Source of the DNA: Eledone cirrhosa
Taxonomy: Eukaryota
Assembly (NCBI GenBank): GCA_964016885.1
Contig: OZ024742.1
Span: 23,126,001 to 23,190,000, forward strand
Direction of reading: 5' to 3'
Length of the DNA: 64,000 nt
The first letter of the stretch is position 1. Each line of letters starts with the position of its first letter. Made by a program: the position numbers and the translations under genes. Shown here in pieces: positions 40,736 to 58,448 of this stretch. The notes under the pieces are model-generated. The model worked only from the letters and a program-made list of their open reading frames with translations, was not told the DNA's origin and did not search any database.

Positions 40736-40783
40736 TGTGTGTGTGTGTGTGCGTGTGTGTGCGTGCGCGCGCGCTTGTGTGTA

Positions 40784-41450
40784 AGTTGACTAACTTTGAT
40801 AACTTTGATACGTTTTGGTTAGTATTGGCCCAGGCCATGCCTAACTTAATAAGCACCACCTAGCAAAGTCTTTCAAATCCGGCTTCGGACGCCATGCTCC
40901 ACCCAAGACGGGAGTTATTGTTTCTCCAGGATTTCTTGAAGGAATTTGTCGAGACACTTCTTGAAATTTATGGGTTCTGTTTCTGTTTTAATGTTTTGAT
41001 ATAATGTTAAATAGAGCGGGGCCAATTGAGGTGGAATAATTGTTACGTATTGTTGTTATGAGATGCAAGTTTGATATTTTGCTGTGGGCGGATAACACGG
41101 GGCTCAAGCCTTGGGTGTAGTTTAAAGGTGATGCCACCATCATTTGGGCAATGCCGATGGAATATTTTCCACATCATGCAGATGATGTAGCGCTTACGGC
41201 AACTTTGGAGAGAATGAAGTTTGACTTTTTCTAGTCGACCCCCAAAGCACCATATTAATAATAGTTCGTATCTCGTTATGTTTAGTTTGTAAAAAACGTC
41301 TTCCCAAATTCATTTGTGTATTGTTTCGTTGCCTTTTAACCCTCATCTACAGAATCAGTATGGTCATAGGCTTATGGTCGGAAAGAACCATGGTAATAGT
41401 AGGATTTTATGGCTGCCTGACGTAATAATTCTCAACAGTTGAAGCAGGAC
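40784..41450 (-). mobile_element. 3' fragment of a CR1-group LINE
   Basis: Minus translation RLEKVKLHSLQSCRKRYIICMMWKI..CPN and GPALFNII...FKKCLDKFL; short TATCAAAGT tail repeat. 5' boundary approximate. Confidence 0.7.
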
Positions 41451-41984
41451 AGTTATCATAAATTCCGTCTATGATGTATCGATGCATTAATTTCGTATTT
41501 CTGTTTTCGTTTTTGTAAAACCTTCCTAATTATTCGCAGTGGTTCGTGTGAACCTCTATATAGAATTACTGTAAACTGTCTATGTTTATGTTTGGCATAT
41601 AGTGTATGAACGTGTGTTGTAAGTGCATTATTATAGGAAGGTTACGTGTCGTGCTTGTTCGACTGATCTCGTAATTTTAGTCACAAAATTGATAGCTATC
41701 AAATTTCCGTTGAAACTATACATAAGTTATCCATGATTTCCTATCAAAACCATGATTCGTCACGACCACTGAAAAGCACTTGGTCCCTACGCCACGAGTA
41801 TAACCATTTGAAGGCTTTGAAAGGTTAATGCAGATATTGGTATGCTATATTACCAAACTAACAATTCATAACTAATAACGAAGTATGAAACATGATTAAA
41901 AATTTGAAAAATGAGATATGTTTTCGAAATAACTTAGGAAACGTGCGTTCATGTTTGAATAATATATACCTCTTTCCTATAGAA

Positions 41985-42047
<63 letters not shown>

Positions 42048-42051
<4 letters not shown>

Positions 42052-42547
42052 GACAGGGGGGAATAAAAAATAAAAAAATGGCTTCACTTGTGCTTTCAAC
42101 AAATTTATTTTCTTCACAAAATCCCAAAAGAATTTTTTTCCGGATTAGAAAAAATTTTTTCTTAAAAAAAATTATTTTATAAATTAAGTTGTTGGTTGTT
42201 GGTTAGGAGTTCTTGGTTAACATAGGAGGTATTGTTTCGTTTTTAGAACGACCTTTCACGCTGAGGTGCGCTTGTCAAACTGTTTGACAAGCGCACCTCA
42301 GCGTGAAAGGTCGTTCTAAAAACGAAACAATACCTCCTATGTTAACCAAGAACTCCTAACCAACAACCAACAACTTAATTTATAAAATAATTTTTTTTAA
42401 GAAAAAATTTTTTCTAATCCGGAAAAAAATTCTTTTGGGATTTTGTGAAGAAAATAAATTTGTTGAAAGCACAAGTGAAGCCATTTTTTTTTTTTTTCTT
42501 CCCCCCTGTCTTAATATACCTAACTGTACCAAGGATTACACACATTT

Positions 42548-42552
<5 letters not shown>
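42048..42552. mobile_element. Near-perfect palindrome (axis 42281, ~235-bp arms) of a PLE-type terminal fragment; right arm has a 35-nt extra tail
   Basis: CTTGTCAAAC-T-GTTTGACAAG; HHR-like TTGACAA-GCGC acctca GCGT-GAAA at 42284-42316 and its mirror. Confidence 0.85.
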
Positions 42553-42624
<72 letters not shown>

Positions 42625-42789
42625 CGTGTGTGTGTGTGTATGTGTATGTATATGCAATAAACGGCCGCTGGTTGCTTACCTTTGCTTTTGCCAAGACCAA
42701 GTAAGTGACATAGTCACTACTTTAGAACTCATAACGAATGGTCTTCAAAATATTTTACAATAAGGATACAGTATATTATCAAATATACT

Positions 42790-42875
<86 letters not shown>

Positions 42876-43787
42876 ATACATACACACATATAAATACACA
42901 CACACATGCAAATATACACACACATATAGGGATATAAGATCCTGTGATTCAAGTGTCTAAAAATCTTATGGCAATAATAAATTTATTTTATTAGACAGCC
43001 ATAAATGAATGTATGGGTGAGGGAACTATTAAGTAAATTAAAAAAATAAAAGAATTTAAATAAAAATGAAAAAAAAATTGTGACAAGATATTATCAGTTG
43101 GAGATAGGGCAAGAGCAAAGTATGTGGAAAAAGAAAAATAGGATCGAATCTAATTCTAGTCCAAGGGGAAACATTTTAATATGCAACCAAAGAGGTATAG
43201 AGGAAATAATTTCGAGCAATGTCTAGGGTCATAATTCGTATCCGCATCAAGGGTGGAATGGAGAGGCAATGTTTGGTTCACACCCTCGTTATAAGGTCCA
43301 TCCGAGAGGGTGGGTATATCATTGTTTGATGTGGAGGGTGGCAAGTTGCTCTTATGGTCATTCCGATTGTAGAGATCTGTTTCTGGCCAGGTTGTAATTT
43401 ACTGTCAAAGTCTCGGAGGCGTTTGCTATTTCATTCTGTTATAAAGCTTCTAATGTTGACTGTGGTAGAAGAAGATAGGTGGACTGTTTTTCTGTTCATA
43501 ATTTTATGCTATCTATTTACTGGAGGAAAACTATCATCCAGCAATCTAAATAATCGTGCCGCTAATTTAGTGATCAGTAGATGGCTATGTGGAGCATTGA
43601 ACCACAGATAGGACCAAGAGCCGGAGTGATTAGAATTTGTACTGTTCGGTGAATCAAATTTTAGAGTTAACAGTTGAGTAGAGCTTTCCACTGTTGCTTC
43701 TGCTCCTAGAATTTTAAGTTCGATATTGCTGCCAATACCTAGTGAGGTGGAAACTTCGTCTCTCGATTGTTTTGTCCATATGGAATT

Positions 43788-44515
43788 TTATTTTTCCTTG
43801 TAGCCAGCCTTGTGGAAGGCTACATAATAATAACCTGCATGCTTGTTGAATATGGATTCAGAGGAAGAGAGTTTGATGATTCTACGAGACACATTACGAA
43901 CTATGGAGTTAATAATAGATATAGGGTGGTTTGAGTGCCTGTAAATGTAATTCAAGATATCATTAACTTTATGAAAGGGGTCAAACAAACCAGAATTAAG
44001 GTCTAATGTTACATCAAGAAAGTTTGCTAATTGAAAGTTTAAGTCAAAAGTAATTTTCAGGTCCTCTTGCTTAAAGAAGGATGTTATAGCTTTCCTTCTT
44101 CGTTCAATTTGTTGACCGTTGAAATCTTTTACTATTAGAAGAGCATCGTCTCTATATGATCCACCCCGAATGTCAACAAATTCGAGCCTATGGTTATATT
44201 AAAATCATTAGGTCTATCTTTGCATGTCCAGTACGCATTATTACATAATATTACTAAGCGCCTGGCGGGTAGAACTGTGGTTACTTCTTCCCTAGTTATA
44301 TCTGTATTGTGCATAGCGAACATATGGGCCTTATTAAGAAGGATAGGTGATATAGATGAATAGAAATCATCGATATCAAATTGTATAAACTTTAACGAAA
44401 TTTTGTCTTCTAATTTAGTGAACCAGTCTGTTACTTCGTTTGTGTTGTTCCAAAGTTTAACAGATAACTTCAGTACTTCTTATGTAATTATTTAAGTATA
44501 ACATTCTTATAAGTA
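43788..44515 (-). pseudogene. Decayed Naiad-like PLE RT fragment
   Basis: LWNNTNEVTDWF, FIQFDIDDFYSSI, FNITIGS, YRDDAL, FLDVTLDL, YIYRHSNHP. Confidence 0.8.
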
Positions 44516-44740
44516 CCTATGTCCAAAGAATATATATTAGCAAATTTACCTGGCGGACGAGTATGCCCCACATTTTTTTCAGTCGATTCATAGTAGATTG
44601 GAGTTTCCCCGGCAAACTACTACGGGCGCAGCAATATATGAGCAGAAATATATGAATATATGTACGAGTAAAATTTGTTTGTGTAGATAAGTGTACGAAC
44701 AAAACAAGTAAAATTGCTTATATATATATATATATATATA

Positions 44741-44775
44741 TATGGTCCATCTGGTTCCTTACCACATTTCCTTCG

Positions 44776-44811
<36 letters not shown>

Positions 44812-44935
44812 CGAAGGAAATGTGGTAAGGAACCAGATGGACCATAACGCACCAAAGTACTCAATACTTAGGGTAGTAGAGTGGGTAATAGGAACAAGTA
44901 TGACCCCGACGGCAGAGCTCAAGCCGTTTCGACGT
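44741..44935. mobile_element. Two PLE terminal fragments tail-to-tail on one (TA)n tract; includes the 3' half of an HHR
   Basis: 44741-44777 is the reverse complement of 44810-44846; minus strand GAAACGGC ttgagctct GCCGTC. Confidence 0.7.
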
Positions 44936-44945
44936 ATATATATAC

Positions 44946-45112
<167 letters not shown>

Positions 45113-45307
45113 TGCGTTGATGTGAATGTATATATGTATATACTACTAAGATTAATTTGGTTATTCTATTCTTGTGTCTTGTGCACTGAATATCACCTTC
45201 CTTCTTATTTTCACCATTTTTCACATTTTTCTTTCATTCCTTTTCTTTTTCTTCCTCATAGTCACTCCTTTAAAGTAAACAAACAATTTCAACTAAATCA
45301 TGTGGTA

Positions 45308-48281
<2,974 letters not shown>

Positions 48282-48945
48282 CAGATCCGAACACTAGATA
48301 AACAAAGCCCACTGTCACTGCCTACGTTTAAATCCCTCTCCCAATCTCTCACATCAAGTGGGGGCCCACACGTTGGGTGTCCCGTGACCTCTGTGGGCAG
48401 AATAGAGAAGTTGCTTCCCCAGAGGATGGTGAGGGAGACGCTCTGGAAGAACCATTCCAACTAGCGAGGCTCACACCTGCGGGTAGCCAAAATTTACCGA
48501 TGGTGGTGAGTACGGAGTTAACACTCGGGCTAAAGACACCAAATATATATACTGCTACGGGCTCGACTGCAAATCTGTCTAGGGAGACCAATATTTGGAG
48601 AGTTTACCCTCCTAGGCCAGAAGGGCAGTGGAGCCTGGGATAGTGACAGAACGCACCAGGTTGCCACTGGAAAATTTGCATGTGCATCCCAGATAAGGGG
48701 TTTACCACCTTCTTGTATACATTTCCTTTACCATTTTGGTATTACTGATTTTCTTCTCCTAGATTCTTCCTTTTCATTTTGGTTTCTGTCAGATTAAAGA
48801 TAATTCTCTGAAGCGTTAAATTGTGTTTCATATCAAGCAGTTGAATAATTCAATATGACCAAACTGCCTTCTCTTTATCTTGTTCAATTTGAGGCACCGT
48901 GTATTCTTTTAATCTATTTGATTTTGCATTATATACATACATATA

Positions 48946-49134
48946 GGGCGGTGGTTGGCAGTATCGATAGAGGGTCAGACGCCATGCTTTGCAGCAAAGA
49001 GTTACGACCCTTTATGGTCTGAGTTCAAATCCCGCCGAGGTTAACTTTGCCTTTCATCCGTATGGGGTCGATAAATAAAGTACCAGTAATACACTGGAAT
49101 AATTGCTGGCCTTGTGTCAAAAGTAGAAACAATT
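48946..49134 (+). mobile_element. tRNA-derived SINE (Meta-like central domain)
   Basis: B-box GAGTTCAAATCC at 49021; central CTTTGCCTTTCATCC..GGGGTCGATAAA..AAGTACCAG; second copy at 4210. Confidence 0.8.
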
Positions 49135-49172
49135 ATATACATACACAGACACGGAAACACACGCACACACAC

Positions 49173-49224
<52 letters not shown>

Positions 49225-49387
49225 CATATATATAGGGAGATGGCCCCAGTTAAAAACCGTACTCAAAACGTTAGTAGAGTATTAGTATGATTTTTTTAAT
49301 TAATGAAATGACTCCTACATGACTAGAATAGGTCTAGTTATGTAGAATCCATTTCTATAATATATATATATATATAAATATATATAT

Positions 49388-51383
49388 GAGAGTATTGAAG
49401 TTTGCTTGAAGGATTGTGGAATAATAAGGTATATTTCTTTAGGACGTTTTGGAAGCCTCAACAACGCAGATGGGTCAATCTCCGGGTAACAAGATCCGGT
49501 GATGGAGAGAGAGATGTAAGTGAGTGGACGTTGAGATGTGTAGCGTGTAGAAGAATGTAGGAAAGACAGTAAAGGATAAAAATAATAACACGAGATAGAG
49601 TTACCTTGGGAGAGATTTAATTGTCCCTATCTATTTCGGATTCTCATCCATCAACTGAGGGAGGGGGGGTTATCTGGCGGAAAGGTGCGAAACGTGTCCA
49701 CCGCTGATCGTTGTTATGAATATCTGAGGTATTCAGCAGAACGCGCGTGCGCGTGAAATGGGGTCGGTCAAGCAGAGGTCGGCGGCCGTAATAGGTCTTT
49801 CAATTGTGGGAGTGGGGTGGTGTTAGTTGTCAGTCCAGTGTATTATCTGCCCAGTTGAATAGTGTGCGGTTGTGATTCACTGCCTTTTTGGTGAATGTTA
49901 CTGTGTGTGCGTGTGTTGTTGTCTCGCTTGAGTGTGTGTGTGTGTGTGCGTGTGTTGTTGCCTCGTTCGTCTGTATTAGCAGTGTAGTATGTTCGTAAGG
50001 CAGCCTGCAGGGACCTGTTCGTCAACTACAAGTCCACCCTCCCCAACAGTGCTAAAAGAGGATACATCACAAACGAGATCACACGAATTAAAAACAGATG
50101 CAGCGATCCCGCGAGTGGTGTCACGCATACCAAGCGATTCCTCGAAGTGCTGGAGACGAACAGGTACCCTGCCTCACTCACAAACAGAAAAAGAGATACC
50201 AGACACAAGAGGCAGAGAAACACCCAAGGCAAGGGCTTCCTTAAAATACCACACCTGGGCGAGAATACCACCAACGCTATCCGCAAGGCTATACGGAGGG
50301 AGGGCCTCGACATCCATCTGGCCCACTCGGGCGCCTACCTGCGAAGATGCCTCTCCAGGAAACCCGGGAAATCAACTGACGCGTGCTCCCTCAGAAACTG
50401 CCCGGTGCGCCATACGATCTGTTGCCTACGCACATATGTCGTGTATAAGATAAAATGTAACAAGTGCAACCACTACTATATAGGTAGCACAATCCGGCCG
50501 CTACACATCCGGATCAAGGAGCACATTAACACCAGAGCCTCGTATTTCCGGAAACACATAACCAAAGGCAGATACAAAGACGGAAGGCACATTGTCACAA
50601 TCCTAGCGACAGAAAAAAACGTTGGCACATTACGAATTAAGGAAGCATTTTGGATCACATGCCTAGGGCCACAAATAAATAACCGATCCGAGAGAAGCGA
50701 AATGAGGTGGTTGGTTTAAGTAAACAAACGATGCAGCAACACACGCACACACACACACACAAGCGAGACAGCAACACACACACCCACACAGTAGCATTCC
50801 ACCATACGAACATATTACACTGCTAATACAGACGAACGAGGCAACAACACACGCACACACACACTCAAGCGAGACAACAACACAGGCACACACACACACA
50901 CAGATAGAGTAACATTCACCAAACAGGCAGAGCATAATATCACAACCACACACTATTCAACAGAGCAGATAATAGAATGGCTAACACCATCCCACACCCA
51001 CAATTGAAAGAACTATTTCGGCAGCCGACCTCTACTTGACCGACCCCATTTCATTTCACGCGCACGCGCGCTCTGCTGAATACCTCAGATATTCAAAATA
51101 ACGATCAACGGAGGACACGTTTCGCACCTTTCCGACAGACAACCACTCCTCATCCCCCGGACCCCCCAGTTGATGGATGCGAATCCGAAATATATAGGGA
51201 CAATTAAATCTCTCCCAAGGTAACTCTATCTCGTGTTATTATTTTTATCCTTTACGCCCTTTCCTACATTCTTGTACACGCTCCACATCTCAACCTGCAC
51301 TCACATCTCTCTCCCCACCACCGGATCTTGTTGCCCGGAGATTGACCCATCTGCATTGTTGAGGCTTCCAAAATGACCTAAAG

Positions 51384-51388
<5 letters not shown>
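49388..51388. mobile_element. Head-to-head PLE pair: minus 3' UTR arm (49388-49997) + plus RT-tail/GIY-YIG arm (49994-51388)
   Basis: 49429-49997 mirrors ~50806-51388; junction shares CGTA; left arm has a ~40-nt extra tail. Confidence 0.88.
49995..50719 (+). pseudogene. PLE RT C-terminus + GIY-YIG endonuclease, related to 26800-27708
   Basis: KAACRDLFVNYKSTLP...FLKIPHLGE..AIRKAIRREGLDI...VVYKIKCNKCNHYYIGSTIRPLHIRIKEH...IKEAFWI. Confidence 0.9.
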
Positions 51389-53734
<2,346 letters not shown>

Positions 53735-53955
53735 ATAGTAATAATAATAAACGTGAAGACTAAAATCTGAAGATGGCTCGGTAAGGATAATATATATATC
53801 AAATTTATAAAACCTATAGAGAAAATATTTATTAAAAAATAGATTAAAGTTTAAGCAAATAATCACTCCTTTCACCCTTAACGGGATCTTCAGAAGATCC
53901 CGTTAAATGTGAAAGCAGCCATTCTTTTCTTAAACTTTAATCTGTCATTCTAATA
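53735..53955. mobile_element. Family N palindromic terminal pair (axis 53892)
   Basis: ACGGGATCTTC-A-GAAGATCCCGT; left arm reaches the distal end, right arm the proximal end. Confidence 0.82.
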
Positions 53956-54189
53956 TATATAATAAGTGTAATCTGAGGTTTTCGAATATTAATAATAATA
54001 TACGATTCGTTTGCAATTATGCAAACAAGCCTCCTTTTAAAATGAATGTCAGTAGAATGAGTCTTTCATTCATGCTGTTATGTAAAGAGAACAGCAGACA
54101 CTAATATTTCTTGGAATAACCCTTCATCAGTACAGTTCACTGTTCAACTGTCAGAGCTTGTGAAAATATATGATACTTTCTAAAATATA

Positions 54190-54309
54190 CAGTGACTGAC
54201 TGGCCTGATTTGCATATTAGCAGACTGGCTTATCAGTCCGATCTGCATAGTACTAGATCCACTGATCAGCAAGATTTGCATATCAGCAGACTGGCCAGTC
54301 AGTTTACTG
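54190..54309. mobile_element. Tc1/mariner-type MITE, 120 bp
   Basis: TA|CAGTGACTGACTGGCC ... GGCCAGTCAGTTTACTG|TA; internal direct repeat GATTTGCATAT(T/C)AGCAGACTGG. Confidence 0.65.
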
Positions 54310-54376
54310 TATACGAGCGTTGAATGGCCAGCTTTGCCATATTAGATATACATAAAAAAATAAATATATATATATA

Positions 54377-54728
54377 TAGAAAAAGAGATGAAATCGAAAA
54401 TGCAACTGGAGTCTTATTTTTTTTTTTAAATATATATATTTATTTGGTTCCTTTACCGGTTTCGCAGTTCTTCTGCTTTTCAAAAGGTGAGTTGAGATGA
54501 AGGGTCTGTGGTTTTTCTCACATCAGATGTGAGAAAAACCACAGCCCCTCCATCTCAACTCACCTTTTGAAAAGCAGAACTGCGAAACCGGTAAAGGAAC
54601 CAAATAAATATATATATTTTTAAAAAAAAATAAGACTCCAGTTGCATTTTCGATTTCATCTCTTTTTCTTTATACTTTCACTCGTGTAGGACACCTCGGT
54701 TATTTTTCATTTTGTAAAAAAACCTCAC

Positions 54729-54735
<7 letters not shown>
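54377..54735. mobile_element. Family A palindromic terminal pair (axis 54525) with two U3-A8 HHR motifs
   Basis: TTTCTCACATC-A-GATGTGAGAAA; plus HHR CCTT-TTGAAAA-GCAG aa CTGC-GAAACCGGTA-AAGG at 54563-54597. Confidence 0.87.
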
Positions 54736-54798
<63 letters not shown>

Positions 54799-54802
<4 letters not shown>

Positions 54803-55220
54803 GTTTGGAGTTGGAAGGCCAAAACAATGCAGGTATGGATATAGAATATAAATACAAATGCAAAAGATATTGTTGACAATTAGTCATTTACCTTAATTTT
54901 ATTTGAACTTCCTTAATTTTCGAGATAATATCTCTTCTTCGCGTGGAAGTAAAGGGGTTAATCCAGTGTTCTAATGCTGTCAGCATGACTTGGCAAGCTA
55001 ATTAGAAAACTTGATTAACCCCTTTACTTCCCTCCGAAGAAGAGATATTATCTCGAAAATTAAGGATAGTCAAATAAATATAAGGTAAAATACTAATTGT
55101 CCAAAATATCTTTAGGATTTGTATATATATTCTATAACCATACCTGCATTGTTTTGGCCTTCCAACTCCAAACGTTTATACCTCATTACGCAATGCTTCA
55201 AGTAAACTACAATTTACTTA
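54799..55220. mobile_element. Head-to-head terminal pair related to the 25337-28242 family
   Basis: 54799-54975 mirrors 55001-55180; HHR remnant CCGAAGA-AGAGATATTATCTC-GAAAATTAAGG; right arm has a 40-nt tail. Confidence 0.82.
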
Positions 55221-55244
55221 TATATATATATATATGTATATTTA

Positions 55245-55291
<47 letters not shown>

Positions 55292-55295
<4 letters not shown>

Positions 55296-56544
55296 ATAAT
55301 AATAAATTTGACGACTAAAATCCAAAGAGGGCTCGATAAGGATAAATATATATCAAATATATAAGAGCCGTAGATCAAATAAAAGACCATGTGATCTCTG
55401 CGCCGCTGAGGCCCTGGAAATACTCTACGCCACAGACCACATCTTAAACAAAAAATCTGAGGCAATTTCGGCTTGTAGACATAAATTGTACAACACTTTC
55501 CTGTATTACAGCCCCACGTTATACCCTAACGGATAGTACGATCTATACGTGGATATTTTACGTCTTGATGTGGGAGCTAAGTATATGTTTTGCTTATACC
55601 TCTACTTATTTGCATAGGTAAGTATATATTACCCGTATGTTTTGTGAAGGTACGTATACCTTCTCGTACGTATATTTGATTGTTATGGCGTATAATTTTA
55701 TATATTCTGGTAAATATGGTTTGGCTATGTGTATACGGGAGTTTTGCGTCTGCGTGAGTATGCAGGTTCGTACGTATGTAGGGTGTGTGTATTGTGTACT
55801 TCATGTTTTGGTTGACTTACGTCTCCGAACATTCGTGTATTTACATGTAGGTATGTGTGTGCGCTTGTTATATACGTATTTATTAATTTATATACGTTTA
55901 TATAATTATTTATTTATTTGTATACACGCATACACACACACACATATTTATATGTACGTGGTTTTGTATACCTATGGTAAGGTTTTGCGTATGCTTGTGT
56001 ATGTACGTATTTGTTTGCGTGTATGTATTTATTTATTTATTTCTATTACTTCTGTATTGTATTTATTTACTTTGTTCTTAACTCTGTTGCGGAGATTCAT
56101 TCGGTCTCCTATTTAGAATTTTAGTCTACGACTTCTGCTATACCATTTACGTGGTTTTGACTTTGCGTGCTATTCTTCTCCACGCTCCTCATATGACGTA
56201 TTTTCTTCGTTTTTTTCGCTCATTGCCAGAGAACGTCTCTATGCACCACCAAAGAGTATATTAGTCTACGACCTCTTTTATACCATAAATGTGGTTCTGT
56301 CTTTGCACGTAATTGTTTTTCACCGCTCCTATTAATGACGTATTATATTCCTATTTTCCCGTTCTTCGCCAGCGAACGTTTCCACGAACCAAAGTATCGT
56401 CTCACTGTCTTCCTCAGGTTGCAACGTTTTTTGAAATATCCACTTCTGCGTTTACAGATTGACTTTGTTAATTTCAGAAGATCCCGTTAAGGGTGAAAGC
56501 AGCGATTCTTTGCTTAAACTTTAATCTGTTATTTTAATAAATAA

Positions 56545-56545
<1 letters not shown>
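55292..56545 (+). mobile_element. Family N pair: inverted distal tail (55292-55380) + EN end and 3' UTR (55377-56545)
   Basis: 55377-56540 mirrors 51730-52885; junction shares AAAT. Confidence 0.88.
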
Positions 56546-56604
<59 letters not shown>

Positions 56605-56607
<3 letters not shown>

Positions 56608-58115
56608 TAGAAGGGATGTTTAATTTGTTGGAAATTCAACAAATATAAACGTTTAGAACTGATTACTGGACAGATTACTGGAGTAAATATTCAATGATCT
56701 TGTTGGATTATTTATTAATAATACACTGCATAGGAAAATGCCCGAGATGACCGGTGGTTTATATCGAGACGATATGGTGTTTTTAATTGTAAACCATAGT
56801 AACTGAGAAATTAATAGGAAAAGAAAATCCATAATACAATTCTTCAATAATTATAACCTTAAGCTAGAAATAGAGAATAACTATAAAATCGTTAATTTCT
56901 TAGACGTAACATTAAACCTTAGCACAGGGCTTTACTATCCTTTCCATAAAATGAACGAAAATCTAACTTATGTAAGTATTAACTCTAATCATCCTAAATC
57001 TATTAAGAACACTATTGTCAATAGTGTCCAACAACGGATCTGTGCTAATAAAAATATTTTTGATGATTAGGCTGAATATGATGATGAAGCTTTAAATAGA
57101 GCAGGGTATTCGAATAAAATGAAATACATTGACAAAAATAACATGGCAAACTACCCTAGTATTAATAATAATAATAATAAACAATTTAACTTAAACTCTA
57201 AACCAAACAAAAGAAGTAGAACTAGAAATATTATTTGATACCCCCCCCCCCATTCTCATTAAGCGTTAAAACACTTTTAGCAAAGCTGTTCTTTAAAGAA
57301 CTAGACAAATGTTTTCCTAAAGCCCACAGATACCACTCAATCTTTAACAGACATACTATAAAACTAACCTACTTTACTACTATGAACATAGCACAAAATA
57401 TAAATAGAATTAATAATAGAAACTTAAATTTAAACCCTAACCAAAATAACCATAATAACAATAATATTTCTAGCAATATCCAGTATGATATCTATAATTT
57501 CTAGCAATATCCAATACCGTTCCGAGCAACAACAACACCGTAAAATGTAACTGTAGAATCAAATCAAACTGCCCTTTACAAAATAAGTGTTTAGATAAAA
57601 ACGTAGTCTATAAATGCACAGTTAAAAGTAAAGATAATATATTTAACTATGACGGTGCCACTTTTAAAATTTAAAGATCGTTGGAATAACCATAATCATT
57701 CTTTCAGAAGATCTGATTAAAAAATCATCCACTCCTCTTTCCCATCTTATATGGAACTTAAAAAGCAAGAATATAGACTATTCGATATCTTGGAAAACGA
57801 TATCGTAAGCACCTGCGTACCGAAATATGGCCGTATCAAAATTCTGTAAATTGTGTATTGAAGAAATAATTTATATAATTAACTGTCAAAACTCTATTAA
57901 TCTCAGGACAGAATTATTTTCTTCTTGCAGACATCACAAAAATTCTACATTTAGAACTATGTGTAATTTATAATATTCCTATAAATCTTCAAAATGATCC
58001 TATCTTCTTTAACAAATTAAATTTTTAATATTTTAATATATTATTATTTCTAAATGGTAAATGGTAATATCTCTAATATTTGTAGTACCTTCACCTTTCA
58101 GCAAAAATTCCTTTT
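56605..58115 (+). mobile_element. Decayed Naiad-like PLE (RT C-half + GIY-YIG)
   Basis: GGLYRDD, VNFLDVTLNL, YVSINSNHP, PPFSLSVKT, FPKAHRYHSIFNRHTIKLTY, KCNCRIKSNCPLQNKCLDKNVVYKC, CKLCIEE. Confidence 0.85.
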
Positions 58116-58136
58116 AATATATATATATATATATAT

Positions 58137-58445
58137 CTTTAAGTCGTTTGGAAGCCTCGACAATGCAGATGGGTACATCTCCGGGTAACAAGATCCGGTG
58201 GTGGAGAGAGAGATGTAAGTGGGTGTACGTTGAGATGCGTGGCCTGTATAAGACTGTAAGGTGTAGAGGAATGAAGGAATGAGCGTAAAGGATAAAAATA
58301 AAAAATAACAACAGGAGAAAGAGTTACCTTGGAAGAGATTTAATTGTTCCTATATATTTCGGATTCACATCCATCAAGTGGGTTTTTTTCCGGGGTGGGG
58401 GGATTGCCTGTCGGAAAGGTGCGAAACGTGTCCTCCGCTTTCAAT
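58137..58445 (-). mobile_element. Terminal fragment of the 49388-51388 PLE family
   Basis: Aligns by eye with 49435-49703. Confidence 0.85.
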
Positions 58446-58448
58446 CAT

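Noticed and set aside
42048-42517. Palindromes as DNA-transposon TIRs or pure assembly fold-backs
   Set aside because: Arms carry HHR-type retroelement ends, have unequal tails and small differences, and the pattern recurs across families; read-level confirmation is still needed.
48946-49040. tRNA gene
   Set aside because: Has a B-box but no cloverleaf; it continues into a SINE body that has a second TSD-flanked copy.
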